Origin: an uncultured Alphaproteobacteria bacterium
GTDB taxonomy: Bacteria; Pseudomonadota; Alphaproteobacteria; ATCC43930; CGMCC-115725
Assembly: GCA_963735445.1 (NCBI GenBank)
Contig: CAVTLC010000048.1
Span: 5,721 to 69,720 of the forward strand
Length of the DNA: 64,000 nucleotides
Direction: 5' to 3'
This document shows, piece by piece, positions 18,957 to 28,885 of this stretch; within the stretch, counting starts at the first letter, position 1, and each line of letters begins with the position of its first letter. The notes under the pieces are model-generated. The model made no database searches. It saw only the letters and a program-made list of their open reading frames with translations, and had not been told where the DNA came from. The position numbers were made by a program, and so were the translations under genes.

Positions 18957-18990
18957 CGAGATCGACCCGGGTTTACCTACAGAGGTAAAC
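18856..18990 (+). pseudogene. relic 5' end of a second degT-like gene
   Basis: DNA at 18860-18985 resembles 17625-17745, for example taccgcgata(a/g)cgagatcgacccgggtt. Translation with shifts gives LGGEP..MPSRLALG...VVYRDSEIDPGLP, against HGGEPVRRKRMPPRLALG...AYYRDNEIDPGYQ. Confidence 0.55.
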
Positions 18991-19056
18991 TGCGACAGAT
19001 GAAAAAACGCACCTTAAGCACCAGCGCCACCAGGCAGGACGGAAAAAGGTAAGGGC

Positions 19057-20934
19057 ATGAACCGGCAGCCGGCAAGAGTTATTGTGTATGCGTGGGGCAA
19101 GTCCTACGTCGATCGAATGCTCAATAATGCGGTGGCCTCACTCCTTGCGCCTGGTAATCTGCCTGCTCTAGCCGGGTTCTTTGATTGCACATTGATTGTG
19201 GTGACAGAAGAAAAGCTGTTTGGCTATGTCAATTCACATCATTTGATTCGATGGACTAAATCTCTGTGCCCGGTTCGGCTGATTTCGCTTGACGATCTTA
19301 TCGGCGAGCCTTGGCAATATGGAATTTCGCTGGCCCATGCTCTGTTTCGCGGCTTCTCCGAGCTCGGGGCCGCAATGACCGAGACGTATCTGTTGTTTCT
19401 GAATGCCGATTTTGTTTTAGCCGATGGCTGCTACGAGCGTCTAATCCCGCATATGGAACGCGGCGAATCGGTCCTGCTGTCGCCAAGCTATTGCGTGGTC
19501 GAGGAGGAGGTTGAGCCAATCCTCAGGGAGATAAGCGACAGCAGAAGGCGCGCTTTGGTGCTCCCGCCACGCCAACTCGCTCGCGTCATCATCGATCATC
19601 AGCACAACACTATTCGCGCCAAAACAATCAATCAACAACAAGTCCATTTCGAATATATGGACCAAGCATATTGGAGGATCGATGACGATACGATCATCGC
19701 TCATCAGATGCCAATATCTGTGGTAGCGATGCGGCCGGAAACGGCGCTTACCGATATTAATACCTTTTGGGATTGGGGCATTGTCTATGAGTTCTGCCCG
19801 TCGCGGCGGCTCACAGTGCTCAACGATTCCGATGAATTCCTGATGCTGGAACTGCGGAACGAGGCCGCACATCGCGACCTCGTGCGGCCCGGGCCGACCA
19901 ATCCGCAGGCCGCCGCTGCGGGAATGCGCGGCTATATCACGCAATACCAGCTCGACAACGCTCGCTTTGGCCTGACCTTGCATGCCCAGACGCTGCCGTC
20001 TGCGATCGACGAGGCGCGAGCGAGTTTGCGTTTGTTTTCTGATGAGCTCCTGCGGCAACTGCAGGGCCATGTGCCCGACCACCTTAATCACCCGCAATGG
20101 ATTTACCATCGCTGGCATCTGTCGCGACACATCGCGGCGAGCAAGTTGCGCAACGAGATCGCCTCGCTCGTGGAGAGCAGCTACAAAGCGCAGGCCCGGA
20201 CCGCAAAGATGCAGACCGGCGCGCTGATGATGCTAGCCGCGACGAAGGCCTCGCGGTTTGCCGCGATCCGCGGCCAACGCGGCGATGGTATCGCCGATAT
20301 GCCCGCTGCTGCTGCCGTCGAGCAAGGCCGGGGAGCCGCTGACGCAGTGCTCGCGATTGCCAAGGAATTCGTCCGTGATGCGGAGCTTCTAGAGCCGACT
20401 TTCGAGGAATGGGCCCGATCGACGGGCCATTATCAGGTGCACGAGGCGTCACTGCGCCGGCAACTCCGCCGGATCGAACAGCGCCGAGTTCTGACCTGGG
20501 CTGATTTGGGGTTTTGCGGGGTGCCTGGGACTCGACCCACGAGCGGCGAATCCGAGGGACCGGAACCGGCAATTTGGACGCGCAGGCGATGGATCAAGAT
20601 TCTAAAGGCAGCCCGTGCGTGGACGCTCGGCTCCGTCCCACATACCCGTCGGTGGCATCCCTTGCACTTTATCTGTAAGGACATCTCCAGGGTGCTCGAC
20701 GGCGCCGTTCACGCCAGCGGACCGCTTCTTTTCGTAAGCGGAGACAACAGCATCGCCACCCGCTGGGTAGATCCCGCGCGGCGCCGGCATTTACGCGTCT
20801 CCGCGGCCGGTGTACTGGAGGGGGCGTTGGATGGGCTCGCCAGCTCGGTTCAGTTGATTTCTGCTTTGTCGAGCTTGATAGCGAGAGCTTCCCGCGCATC
20901 CGCGATGTTCATGGCATTTTGGCTGACCGTGTAA
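19057..20934 (+). CDS. large protein with an uncharacterised GT-A-like N-terminal module (paralog of the N-terminus of 23311..26274) and a helical C-terminal half
   Basis: 625-aa ORF. Blocks shared with the paralog: WG.SY...SLLAPGNLP, LFLNADFVLADG, RGESVLLSPSYCVVEEE, HNTIRAKTIN, YWRI, EFCPSRRLTVLNDSDEFLMLEL. I recognise no characterised family. Confidence 0.7.
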   Translation: MNRQPARVIVYAWGKSYVDRMLNNAVASLLAPGNLPALAGFFDCTLIVVTEEKLFGYVNSHHLIRWTKSLCPVRLISLDDLIGEPWQYGISLAHALFRGFSELGAAMTETYLLFLNADFVLADGCYERLIPHMERGESVLLSPSYCVVEEEVEPILREISDSRRRALVLPPRQLARVIIDHQHNTIRAKTINQQQVHFEYMDQAYWRIDDDTIIAHQMPISVVAMRPETALTDINTFWDWGIVYEFCPSRRLTVLNDSDEFLMLELRNEAAHRDLVRPGPTNPQAAAAGMRGYITQYQLDNARFGLTLHAQTLPSAIDEARASLRLFSDELLRQLQGHVPDHLNHPQWIYHRWHLSRHIAASKLRNEIASLVESSYKAQARTAKMQTGALMMLAATKASRFAAIRGQRGDGIADMPAAAAVEQGRGAADAVLAIAKEFVRDAELLEPTFEEWARSTGHYQVHEASLRRQLRRIEQRRVLTWADLGFCGVPGTRPTSGESEGPEPAIWTRRRWIKILKAARAWTLGSVPHTRRWHPLHFICKDISRVLDGAVHASGPLLFVSGDNSIATRWVDPARRRHLRVSAAGVLEGALDGLASSVQLISALSSLIARASRASAMFMAFWLTV

Positions 20935-21486
20935 TACCGGGCGGCGGCATCGTGATCTGTTGGATCAATTCTGCGTGCCAATCGGCCGAGACCCTACAGC
21001 AAGCCTTCGGCGATTGCGCCGCGATGCAGAGCCAGGGCGCGGCGGTACGGTTTTATTCCTCTGTCTCAGGCTGGGGCGGCCTCGCAGCGGCGCGAGCTGC
21101 ATCCGAACAAACTCGGCTACGTCGACTTACCCGGCTGGGCGCCGGCCTAATGACCAATATTGTCGATTTTGGTCGGCACCGCCCGATTGAAGGTCCTACC
21201 CCGCTGCCCTATTGCTGGGGCGCTATTATCGAGATCGGGGTCTACGGTCGCGCTGGCATAGCCTCGCAGCATCTGTCGCCTGCCGTGATGGTAAATCCCT
21301 CGACCCAGTCGGCCCAGATGGGCGCGTCGCTCTGATGAAGAGGTCGGCGCGCTGTTTCGATCGCCGGAGCCGACGAAGGCGCCTTAGTGTCACCGCACCA
21401 AACGGCGGCGCTGCTGCAGCCGCATGCGGATTGGGATGTTTGCGTCTAGCGGCGGGTCTCGGCGATAGTGTCATCGATGGCCCGCG

Positions 21487-21888
21487 TTAAGCTGGCCCGT
21501 TCCTGAACGACCGATCCAGTTGTGGTTCGGCCGCGGTGACTTGCTCGCTATTTATGCGATCGCTGTCGGCCTCTTGCCGCGGCAGCACCGCGGCGAGCTG
21601 TCGCTGCAACTCGGCGGCGCGCATCCTCTGCTCCCACGTCTCCACACGCGCGGCTTCGAGTTCGCTGGCGTCGCGGGCTCGGCCCAGGCGAAATGCGTGA
21701 TCGGCTTCGGAAAGCTTGCGCGCAGCTTCGCGCGCTCGGCCACGCTCCAGGTCAAGTTCTTTAGCTAACTTCGCCCGCTCGGCGACTAACTGCTCACGGT
21801 GGCGATGATCGGCAACCTTAATGACGACATATCCGGCGGATTCGATTATCCGCAAAATGCGCCCCTTTATAGCCGTAGTCAGATGCAT
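21487..21888 (-). CDS. hypothetical coiled-coil protein
   Basis: 133-aa ORF rich in heptad-like E/R/A/L (AERAKLAKELDLERGRAREAARKL...). A shifted frame would extend it to 21446 with QERASLTRAIDDTIAETRR. Confidence 0.45.
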   Translation of the reverse strand: MHLTTAIKGRILRIIESAGYVVIKVADHRHREQLVAERAKLAKELDLERGRAREAARKLSEADHAFRLGRARDASELEAARVETWEQRMRAAELQRQLAAVLPRQEADSDRINSEQVTAAEPQLDRSFRNGPA

Positions 21889-22313
21889 TTCCGACGTGCG
21901 CTCCCGCTAGATGGCTCGCGGCGAGTAATCGGGCAGAGGACCAACAAGATTCTCCTTATCCTAAACGTACTCGCATCAACCTCGTGACCTAAACAGTGCT
22001 CGCCATTTGCGACCGAGTAAGGAGTGGTTGACGAGCCGATTAGCTCACGCTAGCCCCTGGGACAAGAGTTCCGAAATCCCATTCGCTCTGAACTATCACT
22101 TCGGCTGGCACTTGTAAAATACTGTGAGCTTCACGTGCCGGCACCAAAGGCATAGATTAATTCAACGCGCAAAATCGTTTTCAATAATGCAAGTTAGCGA
22201 TACACTGGATGATCGCATTGCCGAAAATCGGCGATGACGCACTGGAGTAAGGCCAGCACGGGCGCGGATGGCGGCAGGAGCCGAAGCGGCCAAGGTGGTA
22301 GGCGGGCATCGCG
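21889..22313. promoter_or_regulatory. visibly AT-richer intergenic region upstream of the rmlD-like / large-GT operon
   Basis: No credible ORF. Composition is clearly less GC-rich than the flanks (for example ttcaataatgcaagttagcgatacactgg). Sits between divergent genes. Promoter inferred only. Confidence 0.3.
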
Positions 22314-23273
22314 ATGGCCGATAGGAAATTGCTGATCTTGGGAGCCTCTGGACTTATCGGCTCGACGCTCATCCAAGCTTGGCACCCGCGGCCGCTGGTC
22401 GCCACTTATCTAACGCGACCGATACCCGATGGGGTATTCTTCGACCTCTCGCGAGAACGTCTGAAAGATCGCATTCTCCGGCGCGGTCACGGCTTCACCC
22501 ATGCAGTTTTGGCTCAGGGCATCTCCAAGCTCGAAACCTGTGCCCGCTTGCGCGCGACCACGACCGCGATCAACGTCACCGCTTCTTTGCAGGCGATTGA
22601 TGATCTGCTCGAAGCGGGTGTGCATCCGATCTTCCTGTCGAGCGATGCCGTCTTTGATGGTAGCTCGGGGCTGCGGACCGAGGCGGAGAAACCACGCCCA
22701 ATTCTGTCCTACGGCCGTGACAAATACGTAGTTGAGACTTACCTGACCGGGCAGGCCGCGCCGTCGACGATTCTGCGCCTGACCAAGGTCATCGCCGGGT
22801 TCCCCGATTATCGCAACCCGCTGAGCCAGTGGTTGAGCGATATCGAATCTGGTCGGACGATCCGATGCGCGATCGATCAGATGCTTACACCGGTCGATGC
22901 CGACTATGTCACGCAGGCGATCCTATTTTTTATCGCGACTGGAATAGAGGGCGTATTTCACATATCGGGACCCGAGATGATCACGCGTTATGCACTGTTG
23001 CAGCGGCTTTTAGAACAGATGCCGCCGCCTCTGCGACGCGGTGCCATCGTGCGGCCCTGTCCGCTCGATGAGTTTGCTACATTTGGCAAACTGCCGCTCA
23101 ATTGTGCTCTGTCCAATGCCAAATTTGTTGCATTATCGGGCCTGATACCGCGCTCGATCGACCAGGTCTGCGACGAACTCTGCGCCCGCGTATTTTCGCG
23201 GCCCGATTGCCTGGCCGGTGAGATGCCCGGCGTCGGAGATGTTTCCAGTGAGGCAGGCCCGTTCACCGACTAG
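22314..23273 (+). CDS. NAD(P)-dependent sugar-nucleotide reductase/epimerase (RmlD-like substrate-binding family)
   Basis: 319 aa. N-terminal Rossmann motif KLLILGASGLIGSTL. The SYGRDKY segment fits the SDR catalytic Y-x3-K. Length and context fit dTDP-4-dehydrorhamnose reductase-like enzymes. Confidence 0.75.
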   Translation: MADRKLLILGASGLIGSTLIQAWHPRPLVATYLTRPIPDGVFFDLSRERLKDRILRRGHGFTHAVLAQGISKLETCARLRATTTAINVTASLQAIDDLLEAGVHPIFLSSDAVFDGSSGLRTEAEKPRPILSYGRDKYVVETYLTGQAAPSTILRLTKVIAGFPDYRNPLSQWLSDIESGRTIRCAIDQMLTPVDADYVTQAILFFIATGIEGVFHISGPEMITRYALLQRLLEQMPPPLRRGAIVRPCPLDEFATFGKLPLNCALSNAKFVALSGLIPRSIDQVCDELCARVFSRPDCLAGEMPGVGDVSSEAGPFTD

Positions 23274-23310
23274 CGGGACATATTTCAATCAGGGCCTAGA
23301 ACGAAGCGCG

Positions 23311-26274
23311 ATGGGATTTTCGAAAGCGACCGCAAGGCATCGTATTCGCATGCTGATTCCCCTTTGGGGAGCGCGTTATTACGAACAATGGTTTAGCCTT
23401 GCCGGCCCGTCGCTACTCGCCCCCGGCAACATCCCCTACCTCAATGAGCATGCCGAATTTGAACTCGTGTTCCTGTGCAAGAGCCAGGATCATCAGTTGT
23501 TTCAAACAAATCCAATGCTGCGTGAGCTAAGTGCTCAATTTCACGTAAAAACGATAACAATCGACGAGTTTTTTCCGCAGCGACAATCGGTTTCCTACAG
23601 CGTGCCGCTGACGCTCGCCTTCGCGAAAGGCATTCATGATCTTGGGCCAAATGGGCTTGGCACCTTCATAATCGAGATGAATGCCGATTTTGTGCTGTCT
23701 GCAGGCTCTCTGGCAGCGGTATTGGAGCGCATCGATCGGGGCTACCACATCATTTCGGCGCCGAGCCTGCGGGTGGTGGAGCACGAGGCGCGGCCGCTTT
23801 TCGAACGGCATTTGCGGGAGCATGGCAACGACAGCTTTTCCGCTCGCGCAATGATGGCGATCGCCGAGGGTCATCTTCATCAGACAGTGCGCGGCCGCAC
23901 AATCAATCGCGACCAGCTTGTCGAAGCTTGGTATTACCATATTGTGTATTGGCGGCTGACCCCAACCTGCCTTGCCGCACGATCTTTTTTGCTGCAGCCG
24001 CTGTGCTTCCAGGTGCGCCGGCAAGCCGAAGCCGTGGTCTGCTCGCACGATTACGGTTTCCTGCAGGAATATTGCCCCGGCGGACGCTATACCGCGATCG
24101 GCGACTCTGATGAGTTGCTGATGATCGAACTTCAGGCGCGCGATTCGGAGGCGGAATTGCTCGAGCCGGCGCTGCATTTTGCCTCATCCTCGGACGCGCT
24201 CGAAAATCGCATTTCGAAGATTATTGCGAATGCTGCAGAATGGAGTACTGCCGAGCATCGCCGTGCGTTTAGCTACCCATTGCTCTTCCACTCTGTAGAC
24301 CTGCCGGCGGATGTTGGGGAGCGACTGGGCGAATTCGATTGGCAGATGGCCCGCGTTGCGGAGAGTCTTCCACCGCCGGCTTCGGCAATATGTCATTTCC
24401 AGTGGCTCGCCGGTCTGCACGTTTACCGCGCCGCGATGTCTGAGGACGGGATAACCGATTATCCCGATATGATCGACGCCGACGCCAATAGAATAATTTC
24501 TAGTCTCTTTGAAATTGATGCTGCGACAGCGGCCAATCTGCGGCCACAATGGATTGCTACCGCCACCGCGGATCGGCCGGACATTCTTGTTGAAACTCTG
24601 TCACGGAGCTCTGCTGTCGTCACATTGGACGGGCTAATCAATGAAGTGTGGGAGATGGCTCCGTCGGCGCGAATTTTCTCGATCGCGATCGAGGAGCTTC
24701 ATAGTCCGGATCGCGCAACGACATTCGAGTTGCCGAAACACGAGTATGAGCCGGGGCGCAGGCTGTGCATATATCTACTGATCGCTTCGCTCCCGCATTG
24801 GGGTAAGCTGCGGAACATCTGTGATACGTGCTTGGCAGCCGGCGGACTGGTGCAGGTTGTATTCCGTGAGCAAGACTGGGCGCTTGTTCAACTGCGTCAG
24901 GGTGCAAATGCGTGGATGTTGTCTGAGCTCGAACGCAATTTCCCGACGGAGCAATATACGGCATCGATCGCGCTAGTCCCTGCGACGCCGAATTGCGGAC
25001 ACCCTTTAGAGCCGGCTTCGCACTCAGGGCCATTCACGTGTCGAGGGTTTATTGTCAGTCTCGGGAGTCGCGAAAACGGCTCTGCGGCCGTCCGCCCGCA
25101 GCCGAAACCCGCGGTAAGCAATCGGACCAAGGATTTGACGGCGGTGGTCCCGACGCTCAATCGCGTCGGTTCGTGCGTTGCGCTGGTCCGATTTCTGCAC
25201 TATTGTGGGTTTGAGCATCGCATTGTTGTTGCCGATTCGAGCTCTCCGGAGCAGGCTGATATATTGCGCAGCCGGCTCGCAGGCTTGGCTGATTATCAAT
25301 CATACGATTACGGTTTGCCGCAATATCAAAAAATGGCGCAGATCGCGCGCTCGGTGGATACTCCCTATATCGTCCTACTGCCCGATGACGACATCCTGTT
25401 TCCGCACGCGATCGCTGCCGCGCTCTCTCATCTGCAACAGCACCCAACCCACGCGGCCGCTCATGGATACAGTTTGCGCTTTGGATTAGAGCGAGGCGAT
25501 TTCGACATTTATCAAGTCGAACATTTCATCCCAACGATCGACGATGACGACCCGATGTGGCGATACGCTTACCTGATGCAGCGTTACCAGCCGCATATTT
25601 GGGCGGTATTTCGCACCGAAGTGTATGCCGAGGCGATGACGGCAGCAGCGAGGATGCCGGGTACGTTATTTCAGGAATTGATGTTTCAGATAGTTTCAAT
25701 CCTTAGGGGACCGGTGGCGCGGCTCCCCTTGATCTATGCGATGCGCGGGATGGAGACGTCCCATGCCGAGTACAGCGAGGTCGATCCGTTTCAGTGGCTG
25801 CTCAAAGACGCCCAATCCTTTGGTCGAAGCTATGGCATATTTCGTGAAGCAGTTGCTGCTTATCTCGATAAGCAAAAGATCGGACTGAACGCGGGGCCCG
25901 GCGCTAGACTTGAGCTGCCCCTGCCTGATCAGCCGGCATCGATGAAAAGCGCGCCAAAGGTTTCGCTGGAACAGGTACTTGATCTGATAAACGCGAGTTA
26001 CCTGGCGCGCATGGTCGATCTTGGTAAAATCAATCACGCGGTAGGTTATCATCTCGGACGCGTCGCCGAGCCGGTAAGGTTTCCCGGACCGTGGGCCGGC
26101 TGGAGCGAGCCGCGACCAGGCGATCTGGTGCGTCCTTCCGGACGCCTTGATCGACGTTACATCTGGCGGGAGGCGGTGCAACAAGCAGAGCCGAAAAGCG
26201 AGATCATGATCAGATTGGAGGAGATTGAGCGGGTCGAAACCGAACTCGACGGCTATGTCTTGGAAAGACCATGA
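23311..26274 (+). CDS. multidomain putative glycosyltransferase: uncharacterised GT-A-like N-terminal module, central region of unknown function, C-terminal GT2-like domain
   Basis: The ORF opens at 23218, but the ATG at 23311 (MGFSKATARHRIRMLIPLWG) avoids overlap with the upstream gene. The N-terminal module is paralogous to 19057..20934 (SLLAPGNIP, EMNADFVLSAG, HIISAPSLRVVEHE, HQTVRGRTIN, EYCPGGRYTAIGDSDELLMIEL). The C-terminal domain reads LTAVVPTLNR...IVVADSS...YIVLLPDDDILF (DxD-type GT-A). Confidence 0.75.
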   Translation: MGFSKATARHRIRMLIPLWGARYYEQWFSLAGPSLLAPGNIPYLNEHAEFELVFLCKSQDHQLFQTNPMLRELSAQFHVKTITIDEFFPQRQSVSYSVPLTLAFAKGIHDLGPNGLGTFIIEMNADFVLSAGSLAAVLERIDRGYHIISAPSLRVVEHEARPLFERHLREHGNDSFSARAMMAIAEGHLHQTVRGRTINRDQLVEAWYYHIVYWRLTPTCLAARSFLLQPLCFQVRRQAEAVVCSHDYGFLQEYCPGGRYTAIGDSDELLMIELQARDSEAELLEPALHFASSSDALENRISKIIANAAEWSTAEHRRAFSYPLLFHSVDLPADVGERLGEFDWQMARVAESLPPPASAICHFQWLAGLHVYRAAMSEDGITDYPDMIDADANRIISSLFEIDAATAANLRPQWIATATADRPDILVETLSRSSAVVTLDGLINEVWEMAPSARIFSIAIEELHSPDRATTFELPKHEYEPGRRLCIYLLIASLPHWGKLRNICDTCLAAGGLVQVVFREQDWALVQLRQGANAWMLSELERNFPTEQYTASIALVPATPNCGHPLEPASHSGPFTCRGFIVSLGSRENGSAAVRPQPKPAVSNRTKDLTAVVPTLNRVGSCVALVRFLHYCGFEHRIVVADSSSPEQADILRSRLAGLADYQSYDYGLPQYQKMAQIARSVDTPYIVLLPDDDILFPHAIAAALSHLQQHPTHAAAHGYSLRFGLERGDFDIYQVEHFIPTIDDDDPMWRYAYLMQRYQPHIWAVFRTEVYAEAMTAAARMPGTLFQELMFQIVSILRGPVARLPLIYAMRGMETSHAEYSEVDPFQWLLKDAQSFGRSYGIFREAVAAYLDKQKIGLNAGPGARLELPLPDQPASMKSAPKVSLEQVLDLINASYLARMVDLGKINHAVGYHLGRVAEPVRFPGPWAGWSEPRPGDLVRPSGRLDRRYIWREAVQQAEPKSEIMIRLEEIERVETELDGYVLERP

Positions 26275-26469
26275 GCGTTCCGAACAGCAACCTGGATCGC
26301 GACGATCAATCGGCCAGAGCCCAAGCCAAAAACGCTAGCTCACTCGACCCGAAAACACGGTTATTGGAGTCTGACCGGGCCACCCATCTCCGGCTGGTCA
26401 AGACCTGTATGTGCCGATCAAGAACGGGCGGAGGACTTTTTGGTTCGCCGTCGAACCAGAGGAGATGGT

Positions 26470-27725
26470 CTAAAGTGGGCGGACTAATGCATGGCGCTTG
26501 CGGCCGGCGCTGAGCTTCACGGCGCCATCCGGGCCGAGATCGGCGAGGCCAACGAGTCCGCTTCTCATCCTTGATGACCGTATCGTTGATGCGGGCACCG
26601 CCGCCGCGGATCAGCCGCCGCGCCTCGCTGTTCGATGCGGCAAGCCCAGCGCGGCTAAGCAATTCAAAGATCGCAATTCCGCGTTCGAACAAGTCGCGCG
26701 GCAACGCGGTTTGCGGCAGGTCTTCGCCGCTGCCCGCCTTGCTCGAAAACGGCGCGAGCGGTCTCTGCTGCAGCCTCGGCCGCCTCGCGGCCGTGAGCCA
26801 GCGCGGTCGCCTCGGTGGCGAGTACCTTTTTCGCCTCGTTGATGTCGCCGCCTGTCAACGCCTCAAGGCGCGATATCACCTCCAGCGGCAGCTCAGTGAA
26901 CAGGCGCAAAAAACGGCCGACATCGGCGTCTTCGGTGTTGCGCCAGAATTGCCAGTATTCGTAGGGGGACAATCGCTCGGCGTTGAGCCATACCGCACCC
27001 TGCGCGGTCTTTCCCATCTTGTCGCCGGATGCGGTCGTCAAAAGCGGTGTCGTCAGCCCGTAGAGAGTGCGCCCGTCCAACCGCCGCCCGAGTTCGACGC
27101 CGCCGACAATGTTGCCCCACTGGTCAGAACCGCCGATCTGCACTTCGCAACCAAAGCGCCTCCCGAGCTCGACAAAGTCGTAGGCCTGCAGAATCGGATA
27201 ATTGAATTCGAGAAACGAGAGCGGCTGTTCACGCTCAAGCCGCAAGCGAATGCTGTCCTGCGTCAGCATGCGGTTGACCGAAAAATAGCGGCCGACCTCC
27301 CGAAGCAGCGGAATATAGCGCAGCTCATCAAGCCAGTCGGCATTGTTGACCATGACGGCGTCGGTCGGACCGTCGCCGAAGACTATGAATTTGGCGAAGA
27401 CTTTCCGGATGCCTGCCATGTTACGAGCAATCTCGGCATCGTCGAGCAAAGGCCGCGCGGTGTCGCGGAAAGACGGATCGCCGATCCTGGTTGTGCCGCC
27501 GCCCATTAGCACAATGGGCTTATGCCCGCAGCGCTGCCATAGGCGCAACAGCATGATCGACACGAGGCTGCCGACGTGCAGACTGTCGGCGGTGCAGTCA
27601 TAACCGACATATGCGGTGACGCGATCTTCGTTAAGCCGCTCGTCAAGCGCCTCCAAATCGGTGCATTGATGGACAAAGCCGCGCTCGATCGCAGCCTTAA
27701 GAAATGGGGAGCGAGGGGTGGACAT
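26470..27725 (-). pseudogene. tyrS: tyrosine--tRNA ligase with two apparent +1 frameshifts (probably sequence errors)
   Basis: [15 protein letters not shown] (HIGH-type motif), DKMGKTAQG (KMSKS-type motif) and YPILQAYDF...[11 protein letters not shown]. The C-terminal S4 domain (SNSEARRLIRGGGARINDTVI) and the final GLADLGPDGAVKLSAGRKRHALVRPL* lie in other frames. One shift is at ggcgggcagc (an extra G). Confidence 0.9.
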
Positions 27726-28885
27726 AGTGGCGTCATCTAGCACGGCAGCACCCAGCGGGTCACCACCATCCGAACGGCACGCGGCTCGGCCTGTCACGTC
27801 GGCGGAGGTAGGGGCATTGAGGCGCGCGATCGGGTTGATGAGCGGCACCTCGCTCGATGGCATCGACGTCGCGATGATCGAAACCGATGGTTGCGCCGAC
27901 ATCATACCAGGACCGGCGATGACCATCGCCTACCCCGATGCCTTTCGTGAAAAGCTTCGGGGCGTGTTGGGTGGGATCGGCGCGATTGAAGCGGTAGAAG
28001 GCGAACTGACGCAGTTGCACGCCGAAGCCATCGAACTGTTCCGAAAGTCCTATAAGGGGATCACGGCTGATATTGTCGGCATGCACGGGCACACAATCCT
28101 GCATCGCCCCGCCGAACGGCGCACGTGGCAATTGGGCGATGGCGCCGCACTCGCGGAGCGGCTTGGCGTTGACGTGGTCGCGGATTTTCGCTCCGCCGAT
28201 GTCGCGGCGGGCGGCGAGGGCGCGCCATTGGCGCCGCTGTTTCACGCCGCTCTCGCCGCCGCGCTGCCAAAGCCGGTCGCCGTCCTCAATCTTGGCGGCG
28301 TTGCAAACGTGACCTGGATCGGTGAAGCAGGTGCGGTGCTAGCCTTCGACACCGGTCCCGGCAATGCGTTGATCGACGACTGGGTCCGGCGGCACACTGG
28401 CGCTTCTGCCGACTTCGATGGCGCGCTGGCCAGCGTCGGCCGGGCTTCCGAGCCGCATGTCGGACGGTTTCTCGAGCATCCGTATTTTGCAGCGGCTGCC
28501 GCCCAAATCGCTCGATCGCGACGATTTCCAGGAGTGCACGCCCGTAGGACTATCGGTCGAAGACGGTGCAGCGACCCTGACCGAGATGACAGCTGCCGCC
28601 GTCGCCGCCGCGAGGTGCTATTTCCCGGCTCCGGTCCACGAATGGTTAGTTACCGGCGGGGGCCGGCACAACCCGGCTCTAATGGCCGCGCTCGCCCGCC
28701 GCGTTAACGCACCGGTTCGCGCGGTCGAGAGAGTTGGCTGGAATGGCGACGCACTCGAAGCGCAGGCTTTCGCGTACCTCGCGGTGCGCTCGGCTGCGGG
28801 TTTGCCGCTCACCTTGCCGACCACAACCGGCGTCCCGCGGCCAATGCCCGGCGGCCGACTATTTCGCTCCCGGGCCCGTAGCTGA
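27718..28885 (+). pseudogene. anmK: anhydro-N-acetylmuramic acid kinase with one apparent frameshift; the true start is probably downstream of 27718
   Basis: [20 protein letters not shown] ... FDTGPGNALIDDW ... HPYF| then PPKSLDRDDF ... LVTGGGRHNPALMAAL in a second frame (shift near 28495). Confidence 0.85.

Noticed and set aside
22294-22301. GGTGGTAG upstream of the rmlD-like gene, resembling the ops element (GGCGGTAG) of polysaccharide operons
   Set aside because: It has one mismatch and no JUMPstart context. The RfaH/ops mechanism is established for enterobacteria, not for this kind of genome. An 8-mer with a mismatch is expected by chance.
23218-23310. 5' extension of the 1018-aa ORF overlapping the end of the rmlD-like gene
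   Set aside because: The extension has no similarity to the paralog at 19057. The ATG at 23311 starts exactly where paralog similarity begins and removes the overlap.
26470-28885. tyrS and anmK as genuine pseudogenes, or as programmed frameshift sites
   Set aside because: Both are conserved housekeeping genes with intact motifs on each side of the breaks. There are no slippery-heptamer or pseudoknot features at the sites. The same kind of break recurs window-wide at short homopolymers, which favours sequence error. It is flagged as a caveat rather than as biology.
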